The position numbers and the translations under genes were made by a program. A stretch of 64,000 bases of DNA, from positions 3,440 through 67,439 of the forward strand of contig CAZBGR010000002.1 in assembly GCA_964491535.1 (NCBI GenBank). Reading direction: 5' to 3'. This document shows positions 20,302 to 30,845 of the stretch, one piece after another (the first letter of the stretch is position 1; each line of letters opens with the position of its first letter). The DNA comes from an uncultured Muribaculaceae bacterium. GTDB lineage: Bacteria > Bacillota_I > Bacilli_A > RF39 > UBA660. Under the pieces are notes generated by a model that ran no database searches, was not told the DNA's origin, and saw only the letters and a list, made by a program, of their open reading frames with translations.

Positions 20302-21591
20302 TTACTTTTTTAACTTAATTACTAAACAAATGCTTATTAATGATAACAATCCTCCTAGCGAACCAATAATTATTATAAGTTGATGCTGATAAATTGTTTT
20401 TTCAGCTAATGATAAACAATGTTGATGGTAACGTTGTAAAGTTCGTTCATGACTATCATATAAATAAAAGCCTTCTTCACCACTTTCTATATTAATCCCA
20501 TATAATAAATAAAAATCTTGATCATCGGTAGTTGATAATTGCCAACCTTTTATCTTTTTATCATCCCTTGAAAAAGTAACCCTTTTAAAATTAGGTGGTA
20601 TTTTTACATCAGCCTCAGGTTCAAATAAATAAAGAACAACATTACCTGATAAAAACTCATTATAAATAGTATATTTTTCGTTATCAGCATCATAGACATA
20701 TAAATAATTATTACCCACTTTATCCTTTACCCCAACTAATACTAAACCAGTAGCTTCATTAGTATAAGCAGCTACTTCTTTCCCTAAGATTGAAATAGTA
20801 GACATTGAAAAATTATCAGGAGGTTCTATAACCCCACTTGTTTTAATAATTTGATATGTTTTACCTTTAATATCAATTTCTATTGGATCTAAATCTATAA
20901 TATTAACTACTATCGTATAGGTTTTAGGATTACCATTTTCAGCAGTTACTTTAATATCAAACTTATTAGAACCTTCACTAACTTTTAAAAGCCCATCACC
21001 AATAATAGTCGCTTTAGAATCAGCGCTTTTCGCTAAAATAGTAATTTCAGTAAGTAATTCATTAATATCAACTGTATAAGATGTTTCATCAGCCTTAAAA
21101 ATAGGATCTAGTTCATAATCTAAGACTGAAAGACTAGTTAAATCATTATTAGAAGATAGCGTAGACGCTACTGATTCAACAACATTAATAGTACATCCTG
21201 AAGTAGTTAAACCCATCTCATTTACTTCAAAATCAATAAGGGAAGCATCTTTAACTGAGACTGTAGTCTTACCTAAAGCAAGAGTTTTAAAAGTATAAGT
21301 ATAGGAAATTGATTTTCTAGAACCATCCCCATAACCTACAATAAAAGTAGCATTATTAGTACTGGTAAGTTTTAACTTACTTTTATCATAATTAACTACA
21401 AACTCCCAAGCTCCAATTATTACTGGGCTAGAAACAGTAACTGTTACCGTAACAGAGCTCCCAATAACTACCGTTGTTTTAGACGCTCTAGCGTTTATCG
21501 TTCCACTAGCGGCCTTTATTTGAAGCGGGACTATACTCACTAATAACCCAACTAAACTTAGCCCTATTATTTGTTTTAATATTCTCATCAT
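20302..21591 (-). CDS. Cell-surface protein: signal peptide, cohesin-like domain, cadherin-like beta-sandwich domain, C-terminal TM anchor
   Basis: N-terminal signal peptide MMRILKQIIGLSLVGLLVSIVPLQIKAASG. Cohesin hallmark pattern SKTTVVIGSSVTVTVTVSSPVIIGAWEFVVNYDKSKLKLTS (GxxVxVxV...FVxxYDxxxLxL). DLTSLSVLDYELDPIFKADETSYTV is cadherin-like. C-terminal hydrophobic helix plus KLKK. Confidence 0.5.
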   Translation of the reverse strand: MMRILKQIIGLSLVGLLVSIVPLQIKAASGTINARASKTTVVIGSSVTVTVTVSSPVIIGAWEFVVNYDKSKLKLTSTNNATFIVGYGDGSRKSISYTYTFKTLALGKTTVSVKDASLIDFEVNEMGLTTSGCTINVVESVASTLSSNNDLTSLSVLDYELDPIFKADETSYTVDINELLTEITILAKSADSKATIIGDGLLKVSEGSNKFDIKVTAENGNPKTYTIVVNIIDLDPIEIDIKGKTYQIIKTSGVIEPPDNFSMSTISILGKEVAAYTNEATGLVLVGVKDKVGNNYLYVYDADNEKYTIYNEFLSGNVVLYLFEPEADVKIPPNFKRVTFSRDDKKIKGWQLSTTDDQDFYLLYGINIESGEEGFYLYDSHERTLQRYHQHCLSLAEKTIYQHQLIIIIGSLGGLLSLISICLVIKLKK

Positions 21592-21597
21592 AACCTC

Positions 21598-23634
21598 CTA
21601 TTGTCTAATAGCATCTATTCCTAAAAGATGACGTTGAATCATTAATAAATCCTTAATCGTAATTTGCCCATCTCGATCAACATCAGCTGCTTTTTCATAA
21701 ACACCAGTTAAATTAACAACCTTTAATAAATGACGTTGGACCATTAATAAATCTTTGATAGTAACTTGATCTTCTCCTTTAACATTACCATAAATTAAAA
21801 TAGTAAATTGATGATTTTCATTATTACTAACAATAGCAATTTTATCTCCAGTAGTAATATTGCCACTTGTTTTAGGTTCATTAGTAGGGGTTAAAGTTTC
21901 AATTGTGGCAAATTGATTAACCTGATTAATCTTACTAATAAACTTATCAACACTAGTATTTAAAGGAATGCCACTTAATAAGTTGTTATTAATATTCCAT
22001 TTTAAACTACCAACAATATCATTAACCGTAATAGGAATATCATCCCTTTTTATAATCGTAATCTTATAAGTTAACTTTGTTCCATTTTCAGCTTCAATTA
22101 TAATATCATTAATGTTTTTCTCTTTATTTAAAACAATATTGCCAACCCCGGATAAAATACGAGCTTTAGAACTTGCTTTAACTGCCTCAATATTAATATT
22201 ATTAAGTAAAGTTGGTACATAAAAAGTATAATTTAAAGTATCTCGATTAAAAGCTGCTAAAGGAATACCATTAATCTTAATCGAATTTAAATAATTATTA
22301 GCATTACCTAATAAAGTTGGTAAACTAGTAACCACCGGCATATTATTATAAACAGGAACAATAAAAACTAATGGATTATCTAAAACGCCATAATTAAGAT
22401 AAGCATTATAGGTAATACTTGATTCTGATTTAGGAGCTTCAATATTAGTCATATATTGATGAGTATGTTTTGTATAATAAGCATTAGGGGCAACATTCCA
22501 TTTTTGTAAATATAAAGTATTTTGAGCGCGAGTAATATAAGCCCCACCTAAAAATTCGGCACCACCAACAATTGAAGTATATGGACTTTTCCATGGTCTA
22601 CCATAAGAAGTATCAGTTCCATTTTCTCCCCCATTAGCATAAACCAAACCCTTTTTCCAATTGTCTACCCCACTAGTAGCCCCAATGTTAAAAAAGTTAT
22701 ATAACCCACTGTATGTTTTACCATTATAAGAGAAAGAACCTCCAGTAACTGCTGCTGAACCACCACTACCCTGTTCTTGCCTAACTCGAGAAGCTAAATG
22801 AATAGGGCTAACCTTTTTTAAGCTAGCGGCTTCAATAAAAGTATCAGCATATGATTTGTTACTTCCATTATATGAGTAAGAATTAGCCATAAAAGTACCA
22901 TTTAAAACTCGTTGTACTACTGTCTTAGTTTGATAAGCACTTTGGTAATTTAAAGCTTCAAACATTAAAACATTAGTTAAAGTTAAAAAGTTTCTTGGGT
23001 CCATATGATAAGCTACCACATCAGGATGAGCTGCATACCAACTCGTACCATCTAAAGGAATCCAAGTATCAGTACCTACATTATAAGCTCCCGCTTCAGT
23101 CGAACGATAAGCTACATCACGATTATAATAAATTAAACTTTTCCCCACCACGCTTTGAGCATTTATTACATCATTCCAATTTAAACCAGTATGTTGAGCT
23201 ATAAAAACCCAATTTGGATATATAGCATGCAATTCCTTTAATTTAGACCAATAACTTGATGGAAAAGCTTGATCAATTAAATAGCTTTCAAAATCAGAAT
23301 CATCCGTAAGTTCATAAGTAATAGTCGATATATAATCACTTCTCATATAACCTTTATAATTAATACTATCATAATTAAAATCAAGGTGATACCATGGAAT
23401 ACCTTCATTATCATTTTTTGAACCTAATATTGAAACTTTATGTCCTGCTCCAAGTAACACTTGATTATTAATATTGATATTTGGATAATTAGTCCCAGGA
23501 CCAGTTCTAACATTAACACGATTATTATTAACTATTGAAATAGTAACTGTTTCTGCTTTAACAATTAAATGGCAAAAAGAAGAAATAAATAAGCTTATTA
23601 ACAATAAACTTAAGCTCTTAATAACTAATTTCAT
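21598..23634 (-). CDS. Secreted peptidoglycan hydrolase (glucosaminidase/muramidase-like) with SH3b, cadherin-like domain and C-terminal dockerin-like module
   Basis: Start re-set to ATG 23632-23634 (GGAGGT RBS), giving signal peptide MKLVIKSLSLLLISLFISSFCHLIVKA. SH3b motif VNVRTGPGTNYP. Hydrolase-like core with LASRVRQEQG. Two C-terminal dockerin repeats: GNVKGEDQVTIKDLLMVQRHLL and DVDRDGQITIKDLLMIQRHLLG. Confidence 0.6.
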   Translation of the reverse strand: MKLVIKSLSLLLISLFISSFCHLIVKAETVTISIVNNNRVNVRTGPGTNYPNININNQVLLGAGHKVSILGSKNDNEGIPWYHLDFNYDSINYKGYMRSDYISTITYELTDDSDFESYLIDQAFPSSYWSKLKELHAIYPNWVFIAQHTGLNWNDVINAQSVVGKSLIYYNRDVAYRSTEAGAYNVGTDTWIPLDGTSWYAAHPDVVAYHMDPRNFLTLTNVLMFEALNYQSAYQTKTVVQRVLNGTFMANSYSYNGSNKSYADTFIEAASLKKVSPIHLASRVRQEQGSGGSAAVTGGSFSYNGKTYSGLYNFFNIGATSGVDNWKKGLVYANGGENGTDTSYGRPWKSPYTSIVGGAEFLGGAYITRAQNTLYLQKWNVAPNAYYTKHTHQYMTNIEAPKSESSITYNAYLNYGVLDNPLVFIVPVYNNMPVVTSLPTLLGNANNYLNSIKINGIPLAAFNRDTLNYTFYVPTLLNNINIEAVKASSKARILSGVGNIVLNKEKNINDIIIEAENGTKLTYKITIIKRDDIPITVNDIVGSLKWNINNNLLSGIPLNTSVDKFISKINQVNQFATIETLTPTNEPKTSGNITTGDKIAIVSNNENHQFTILIYGNVKGEDQVTIKDLLMVQRHLLKVVNLTGVYEKAADVDRDGQITIKDLLMIQRHLLGIDAIRQ

Positions 23635-23989
23635 AATCAACCTCCACTTCGTTAATGCTATAAATAGTATATCAATTAACAGAAAAGCGAACAAGACTAA
23701 TCGTTTAAATTTGACATTAGAAGATGTAAAGCCAATCATCGTTTTTACAATTTAATATCCTTTTTGGCTTTGTTTTTTAATTAATTTTATAAATTATCTT
23801 CAAGATTATTCTTTTTAATTATATATATACCTATTTTATATCATAATTTTTAGTTGATTTTTAAATCGTTTTTCATCAAGATATTAAAATAATTTTATTA
23901 ATTATAATTTCAAACTAAAATTATTTTCGCAAAAATTATTTACGAAAACCATTTTTTAGACTATAATTGATAAAAGAAAGGATTACAAC

Positions 23990-26131
23990 ATGAAAAAAAC
24001 AATTCTCCTTTATCGACGATCCCCCTTTAAATTACGTTTGTTAACAATTTTATTATTACTTGTTTATCTTGGTAGCAGTCTTTATCTTTGTTTCAGTCTT
24101 CTTTTATTTAGTAATATTGAAACTATATTAAGAATTATAATTATTTTTATAATTAGCTCACTTACTATATTCCTTATTATAAAAAGCTATCGATTACTAT
24201 TTAAATTGAAAAATAAATTGAAAATAATGTTAATCTTTATTTTTTTGTTAATTATTATCCAATCTTTAAGTGCTTTTACCATTAATAAAGTTTATTCTAC
24301 TTTAGTCAATATAAATAAATCACAAATTACCTATACTACTAATTTAATAACTTTAATAGATAATGACATAAACAATATTAATGACGTGAAAAAGAAAAAA
24401 ATAGCTTTAATTAATGACGAAGATAACATTGAAGGTTTTATCATCAGTCAGGAATTAATTAAGCGTTATAAATTAAATAAAAACAATGATATCGTTTTAT
24501 ACGAAAGCTTTATTCAAATGCTAACAGATCTGTATAATCAATCAATTGATGCCGTTTTTATTTCTGGTAATTATATAACTATGTTTTCATCAATTGAATC
24601 TTTTGAAAATATTAAAGATGAAACTAAAATTATTATTAGTCAATCAAAAAAAGTAACCAAAGATAATAAAAAAAAGGCAATAAAAAAATTAACTGAACCA
24701 TTTACCTTTTTAATAATGGGAGTAGATTCTACTAAAGATGATATTAATAGCGGATCTGCTTTTAATGGTGATGCCTTAATGTTAATTACTTTTAATCCCA
24801 AAACATTAAATACTACTATTTTAAGTATCCCACGAGATACCTATGTCCCAATAATGTGTTTTAAAAATAATCTTAAAAATAAAATTACTCATGCTGCTTG
24901 GCACGGAGAAGATTGCATGATTAAAACCATCGAAAACTTTACTAGTATTAAAATTGATTATTATATAAAAATTAACTTTAAAGGCGTAGTCGATCTAGTT
25001 AATGCTTTAGGAGGAATAAAAATAGATGTCCCAATCACCTTTTGTGAACAAAATAGCAAACGCCAATGGGATGATCAAACAATTTATTTAAAAGCGGGCC
25101 AACAAACTATAAATGGTGAAGAAGCTTTAGCTTTAGCTAGACATCGTAAAGATTTAAAAATATGTGGAAAATATTATGTCAATAATAAAATGAACGATTT
25201 AAAACGAGGTTTAAATCAACAATTAGTTTTAAGTGCTATCTTAAACGAAACCAAAAAAATAAATAACATTAATAAAGTTTATACTTTGTTAGATATCATG
25301 GAAAAAACAATTGATACTAATTTAGAAACTAATCAAATTTTAAACTTTTATAATGTAAGTAAAGATCTTATTAAACATAATAAGAAAATAAAAAATAATG
25401 ATATTTTATTTTTAGAAAGATTATATTTAAACGGCTATGATCAATATATATATGATGCTAGTTTTAACAAATCATTATATAATTATGTTTACTATCAAGA
25501 TAGTTTAGAAGCGATTATTAAAGCCATGAAAATAAATTTAGAAATAGAAAATCCTATTTTAATTAAAAACTTCTCTTTTTCAATCAATGAACCTTATCAA
25601 CAATCTATAATTGGCCAAGATATTTACAGTAAAAAAACTATTCAAGTAATTCCTAATTTTACTGTTAAAACTAAACAAGAAGCAATTGATTGGGGAATAA
25701 ACAATAAAATTAAAATAACTTTTAAAAGTATCGATTCAACAGATGATGAGTATCAACAAAATCAAATAATTTATCAAAATATTCCAACCCATACTTTATT
25801 AAATCAGCTTAATAATAACGAAATTATCCTAACTATTATTAATAAAACAACTCCTAAAATAGAAAAAATTAATTGTAACGAACCTGAAAACGAATTAAAA
25901 GATGTTTGTTTAATGCCAAATTTTATAGATAATTCAATAAGCGAAGTTGATAAATGGTTAAATAACATATTCTTTAATTTTATTGTAACTAAAACAAAAG
26001 AAATCACTATTGATCCTTTAAAAAACGGAATCATATTTGAACAATCAATAAAGCCCCAAACCAAAGTATCAAATATCGGAGCAGAATTAATTATTAAATA
26101 TTATCTATTAGAAGAAATAGAAGAAGAATAA
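23990..26131 (+). CDS. LytR-CpsA-Psr (LCP) family cell-envelope phosphotransferase with a long C-terminal extension
   Basis: N-terminal TM; LCP core GDALMLITFNPKTLNTTILSIPRDTYV ... NFKGVVDLVNALGGIKIDVP ... INGEEALALARHRKD. AAAGGA RBS 8 nt upstream. 713 aa, of which ~300 C-terminal aa are unassigned. Confidence 0.75.
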   Translation: MKKTILLYRRSPFKLRLLTILLLLVYLGSSLYLCFSLLLFSNIETILRIIIIFIISSLTIFLIIKSYRLLFKLKNKLKIMLIFIFLLIIIQSLSAFTINKVYSTLVNINKSQITYTTNLITLIDNDINNINDVKKKKIALINDEDNIEGFIISQELIKRYKLNKNNDIVLYESFIQMLTDLYNQSIDAVFISGNYITMFSSIESFENIKDETKIIISQSKKVTKDNKKKAIKKLTEPFTFLIMGVDSTKDDINSGSAFNGDALMLITFNPKTLNTTILSIPRDTYVPIMCFKNNLKNKITHAAWHGEDCMIKTIENFTSIKIDYYIKINFKGVVDLVNALGGIKIDVPITFCEQNSKRQWDDQTIYLKAGQQTINGEEALALARHRKDLKICGKYYVNNKMNDLKRGLNQQLVLSAILNETKKINNINKVYTLLDIMEKTIDTNLETNQILNFYNVSKDLIKHNKKIKNNDILFLERLYLNGYDQYIYDASFNKSLYNYVYYQDSLEAIIKAMKINLEIENPILIKNFSFSINEPYQQSIIGQDIYSKKTIQVIPNFTVKTKQEAIDWGINNKIKITFKSIDSTDDEYQQNQIIYQNIPTHTLLNQLNNNEIILTIINKTTPKIEKINCNEPENELKDVCLMPNFIDNSISEVDKWLNNIFFNFIVTKTKEITIDPLKNGIIFEQSIKPQTKVSNIGAELIIKYYLLEEIEEE

Positions 26132-26152
26132 AAGCAAACCTTTTATTCTTCT
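26118..26152. terminator. Bidirectional hairpin between the convergent LCP gene and the 26143 gene
   Basis: GAAGAATAAAAG-caaac-CTTTTATTCTTC, a 12-bp perfect inverted repeat spanning both stop codons. Confidence 0.5.
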
Positions 26153-26751
26153 GTTAATTCAACTATACTTAATTTTATATCTTCATTAATTAAATAAAGA
26201 ATAGCTTTAGATTGATAATCTAAATCTTTTTCATAATCCCAGGTTAAAATAATTTTATATGCTTCATGTTCACCATTATATTGATATTTAACCTCTTCTA
26301 CAGTTAAAACTGTTATTTTTTTTATTTTAGGCAACAATTGTTTTCGATCCCCATACAAATTGTTTTCAATATATTTATAAAAAGTATCTTTAGCCTTCAT
26401 TATAAAATTATCCTCGATAGCTGAATGAATAAATTGTACTCCTCCAATATCATTACGACTTAATTTATTATCTAAATCGTAAAAATCTATAATAAATAAT
26501 TTTGAGATTAAAGTAGCATATAATTTGTTATCTATTTCATCTTTTGTTAAAACCTTATATAATTCATCAAATGTATCAGCAAATAATTTTGATTTAGTAT
26601 CTTCCAAAACATAACCGTAAAGTGGAATTTCTTTTATAATACTTGAATCATCTTGATTATCAACTTTTATATTAATTAAACCAACTATAAAAATAACAAC
26701 CAAAAAAGAACTTAACAAAAAACCTAAAATAATTAATATTCTTTTTTTCAT
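26143..26751 (-). CDS. Hypothetical N-terminally membrane-anchored extracytoplasmic protein
   Basis: A single N-terminal TM helix (MKKRILIILGFLLSSFLVVIFIVGLI) followed by a hydrophilic domain; no recognisable motif. Confidence 0.4.
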   Translation of the reverse strand: MKKRILIILGFLLSSFLVVIFIVGLINIKVDNQDDSSIIKEIPLYGYVLEDTKSKLFADTFDELYKVLTKDEIDNKLYATLISKLFIIDFYDLDNKLSRNDIGGVQFIHSAIEDNFIMKAKDTFYKYIENNLYGDRKQLLPKIKKITVLTVEEVKYQYNGEHEAYKIILTWDYEKDLDYQSKAILYLINEDIKLSIVELTEE

Positions 26752-26755
26752 TTAA

Positions 26756-28840
26756 TTACACTCCCTTATATTCTTTCATCAAATCATCTATTTCTTGTTG
26801 TTTCCTAATATAATCATATAAGATTATTGAATTAGATATATCCAAAACCAAACTAGCATGTTGTTGATATTTATCTATATATTCCTGACTAATAATGTCT
26901 TCTTTTAATAATAAATACTCCTGTTTTTGATTATTATAATAAAGATCATTAGTCAACCAATTACCATTTGGAAAAACAACTATATTTTCATCAACTTTAA
27001 AAATATCATGTCCTAATTGATAAGGACTATAAAAATCAAACATATTACCTAAGGTAGGTAAAATATCATACATCCCCATTACTTTATCTATATCACCTTT
27101 AATTTTACCGTCTTTTGTCCAAATAATAAAAGGAACCTTTCGATTTAATTCATAAGTATAATAATTAACCGGCATATACCCAGGATCTTCTTTGTTAATA
27201 ATTGAATCAGTATAGGGATCATAATTATAAAGACGTACATATTCTTTACGTGGTAATCTAGCATCATGATCACCGTAAATTACTATAACAGTATTATCGA
27301 GCAAACCAGCTTCATCTAAACCATCAATAAATTCTCCAATCGCTGAATCAGCATAATGAACGGCTTTAAAATAATTTCCAAGTAATGTCCCTTCCATATA
27401 AGGAGCATTAATTGTTTCTTCAATTCCTTCTTCATTGATAAGTGATATTTGAGCATCTACTGGAAATTCTCCATATAAATCAATCCTATCAAAGGGAGTA
27501 TGATTAGTAAGCATAATCATTGTTCCATAAAAAGACTTATTATTTTTACTTATTTCTTTAATCATTGGAATTGATTGACGAAAAAATGAACGATCAGATA
27601 AACCCAAACCAATTTTTTCGTCAATTTCATAATCGTTTTTATGATACATTCGATCATAACCCATTTCTCGATGAACTACTAAACGATTCCAATAAGTACC
27701 ATTATTACCATGCATACTAAACGAATAATAATTTTGAGCTTTTAATAGTTTAGGGATAGTAACAAATAAACGATCCCAATAACTAACAAAAACAGTGCCA
27801 CTAGAAACAGGTAATAAAGAAGTATTTAAAGTAAATTCACTATCACTACTAGTTCCTGCCCCCACTTGAGCATAAAAATTAGTAAAGTTTAAACCAGATT
27901 TCGCTAAACGGTTTAAATTAGGAGTTACTTCTTGATTATTAAAAGTTAAATCCATGACAAAAGATTGAATGCTTTCAGCATGAATCGTCAAAATGTTTTT
28001 ACCCTTAAAAATATTAGTATATTTATTATGACTTAAATCTAATTCCCGTTCATCATAATAAGTACTTACTTTTCTAGCTACTTCATCATAACCAAAAATA
28101 CTATTAATTTTAGGTTCTAAGCTCCTAAAAAAGTCATTTGTTTGATAAGTATACAAACCTACCTTCATTACTAAAAACTCTCTATTCCACTGTTTAATTA
28201 AACGACTGATATCAATTGGTGTTAGAGAAAGAAAGAAAATAACTAATAAAATAAAAGCAGCTAAAATGGTTTTTAAAGTATAACGCTGTTCTTTTTGAAA
28301 ATAATATTTTTGATATGATTTTCTTTTTTTTAAATTTATATGAGTAAATAAAACAACTAATGGTTGACATAAAAAAATAAAATCTTTAACTTGTAAAACG
28401 TTTTGAACAATAGCATCACCTACATCAACAGCTTGTAGTGAGGTTACTAACAAAGAAACCGAAGCGAAAGAAGTATAAAAAGTATAATAAAGACTATTAA
28501 TCATACAAATCAAACTTAAAACTATTGAGATTATCATTAAATATATTATTTGCTTTTTTGGTTTAAATAAAAACACAAAAGAACAAACAATCAAAACAAT
28601 CGCTAAATCAGCGATAATTGGTCTAAAATCAAAATAATTTTTAACTGTCACAAATCTTAAGATAGTTGAATTTAATAACAAAGTAATAATTGTTACTATA
28701 AATAAAGGATTATTGCTAATATATTGTTTAAAGCTTAAATTTTTTAAATTTTGAATATATTGTTTAAAATTAAACTTCTTTAAATTTTTTATTCTAGTTT
28801 TTATTTTGGTTATTAAGTTAGCCATAATTTCCTCCATCAA
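26756..28840 (-). CDS. LtaS-family sulfatase-fold protein (lipoteichoic acid synthase / phosphoglycerol transferase-like)
   Basis: Five N-terminal TM helices plus an extracellular sulfatase domain (ESIQSFV, NFYAQVGAGTSSDSEF, GDHD motifs). Confidence 0.7.
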   Translation of the reverse strand: MMEEIMANLITKIKTRIKNLKKFNFKQYIQNLKNLSFKQYISNNPLFIVTIITLLLNSTILRFVTVKNYFDFRPIIADLAIVLIVCSFVFLFKPKKQIIYLMIISIVLSLICMINSLYYTFYTSFASVSLLVTSLQAVDVGDAIVQNVLQVKDFIFLCQPLVVLFTHINLKKRKSYQKYYFQKEQRYTLKTILAAFILLVIFFLSLTPIDISRLIKQWNREFLVMKVGLYTYQTNDFFRSLEPKINSIFGYDEVARKVSTYYDERELDLSHNKYTNIFKGKNILTIHAESIQSFVMDLTFNNQEVTPNLNRLAKSGLNFTNFYAQVGAGTSSDSEFTLNTSLLPVSSGTVFVSYWDRLFVTIPKLLKAQNYYSFSMHGNNGTYWNRLVVHREMGYDRMYHKNDYEIDEKIGLGLSDRSFFRQSIPMIKEISKNNKSFYGTMIMLTNHTPFDRIDLYGEFPVDAQISLINEEGIEETINAPYMEGTLLGNYFKAVHYADSAIGEFIDGLDEAGLLDNTVIVIYGDHDARLPRKEYVRLYNYDPYTDSIINKEDPGYMPVNYYTYELNRKVPFIIWTKDGKIKGDIDKVMGMYDILPTLGNMFDFYSPYQLGHDIFKVDENIVVFPNGNWLTNDLYYNNQKQEYLLLKEDIISQEYIDKYQQHASLVLDISNSIILYDYIRKQQEIDDLMKEYKGV

Positions 28841-28928
28841 TAAAAAAACTGATGTTTAAAGTATAGCACTTTCTAACTTTTTTTTCAAATTAATAACTGC
28901 TATTTAACACTAATTGACTATAAAGAAG

Positions 28929-30644
28929 TTATTGATATAGTTCTTTATATACATCAGAATCCTTGATTAATTGTTGATGCGAGCCCTCAGCTATTATTTC
29001 ACCCTTATCTAAAACTAAAATTCGATCACAATCAATAACTGTATTTAATCGATGAGCAATAATTATAATCGTATAATCTTTAGAAATATTACGAATCGAT
29101 TGCTGAATAGCTTTTTGAGTTTCATTATCCAATGAACTCGTAGCTTCGTCAAATAAAATAATTTCCGTATCTTTAATTAAGGCCCTGGCAATAGCTAATC
29201 GTTGAAGTTGACCCCCACTTAAATTAACGCCTCCTTCACCAAGTAAAGTATCATATTGATCAGGTAAAGTCATTATATAATCATGAATACAAGCCATTTT
29301 ACATTTAGTAATGATTTCCTTATCACTAATGTTTTCTTTTGCTAGTTTTAAATTTTCTTTAATAGTCATATTAAAGAGATAAGGATGTTGAGAAACAATT
29401 GAAATATTATTTCTTAATGAGGCTTCTGATAATTCGTTAATTGGGACATCATCAATTAAAATCAAACCTTTATCGGGTAAATATAATTTAGAAATCAAAT
29501 TAAAGATAGAGCTTTTCCCGCTACCGCTCCGACCGACAATTGCAATGCTTTGATTTGGATAAATTAATAAATTTAAATTATTAAAGACTTGATTAGAGCC
29601 ATAACTAAAAGCTACATTTTTAAATTCTAATTTCCCCTTAATACGACCTATATTCTTTTTTCCATATTTATCTTTTCTAAATTTAGGTCCTTCAACCAAT
29701 TCAAATATCCGTTCTGATGATAAACTAAAATCAGCCGTAAATTGTTTTAATTCCGAAATATCATCTAGAAAATTAAAAATATTATGACGATACAGAAAAA
29801 CAATAAGTAAGTTAACCACACTTAATTGTTGGTTAATAATTAAATAAATACCAAAAAGAATAATTAAAGCAACTAACAATTCTTCTAAAACACGATAGAC
29901 AATCCAAAAATTCCATTTTATTTGTTCTAAATCATAATTTTTTTGAAAATGGTCATATAAAACTTGATTGCTATGTTTATTAAATTGCTTTTTTAAATTT
30001 AATATTTTTATATCACGAATTCCTCTAACCATTTCACTCAAAAGACTACTAGCTTTTTCCTCAGTTATCTTTAAATCCTTTCTTTTTTTTCTTCTTTCTT
30101 TTACTTCTTTATTATTTACTATAAAAAGAAGAACACTTGAAAAAAGATAAAGCAATCCTATTGGAATATTAATCACAAAAACATAAGCTAAAATACCAAA
30201 ATTAGCTATAATGTCAAAAATATATAATTGAAAGCGATGAAAAACATCAAACACTTCCTCAGAATCTTTAATTATTCGCTGGTGAAATATCCCAGTAGCA
30301 TATTTATCAAAATTACTAACCTCTAATTCAAGTAAATGACGACAAATATATTTACGAATATTTAAAATAATATTACCTCTTGTTTTTTCATAATTACGAA
30401 ATGATATAAAACGAATAAGACGGCTTCCAGCCTGAACCATAAAAATAAGGAGCACAAAGTTTTTAGCTTTAACAAAATTTAAAGTAGTTAAATTTGTGAT
30501 TAAATGAGCGTTTAAAACAGGATATAAAATAGATATTGAGCTAGTAAATAAACCAATAATAACTAATATTATAAAATTTCTTTTATAAAGTTTAAAAAAA
30601 GGCCACATCTTTTTAAAATAATATAAAGCTTTTTTATTTTGCAT
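28929..30644 (-). CDS. ABC exporter, fused permease-ATPase (MsbA/type-I exporter-like)
   Basis: Six-TM N-terminal half; Walker A GRSGSGKSS, signature LSGGQLQRLAIARAL, Walker B ILFDEATSSLD. Confidence 0.85.
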   Translation of the reverse strand: MQNKKALYYFKKMWPFFKLYKRNFIILVIIGLFTSSISILYPVLNAHLITNLTTLNFVKAKNFVLLIFMVQAGSRLIRFISFRNYEKTRGNIILNIRKYICRHLLELEVSNFDKYATGIFHQRIIKDSEEVFDVFHRFQLYIFDIIANFGILAYVFVINIPIGLLYLFSSVLLFIVNNKEVKERRKKRKDLKITEEKASSLLSEMVRGIRDIKILNLKKQFNKHSNQVLYDHFQKNYDLEQIKWNFWIVYRVLEELLVALIILFGIYLIINQQLSVVNLLIVFLYRHNIFNFLDDISELKQFTADFSLSSERIFELVEGPKFRKDKYGKKNIGRIKGKLEFKNVAFSYGSNQVFNNLNLLIYPNQSIAIVGRSGSGKSSIFNLISKLYLPDKGLILIDDVPINELSEASLRNNISIVSQHPYLFNMTIKENLKLAKENISDKEIITKCKMACIHDYIMTLPDQYDTLLGEGGVNLSGGQLQRLAIARALIKDTEIILFDEATSSLDNETQKAIQQSIRNISKDYTIIIIAHRLNTVIDCDRILVLDKGEIIAEGSHQQLIKDSDVYKELYQ

Positions 30645-30845
30645 AATATCACCGCTTATATAAGTATAACATTTTTAAAAGAATATTCATATTATAAAAA
30701 GTGGTTTACAAAACCACTTTATCTAAAAATAGACCAACTGTATATAAAGGATACCTTTAAAGTGTAGTCTAGGATAATGAACACATCATTTTAGGTACCA
30801 ATTTTAATGCATTCATTTTTATTATTAACTTAAATTTTTTATTTA

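Noticed and set aside
20302-23739. The possibility that the SH3b/hydrolase pair is a prophage lysis cassette
   Set aside because: Both proteins have Sec signal peptides and surface-anchoring features. There are no holin, structural or integrase genes nearby, and they lie directly upstream of the S10 operon promoter.
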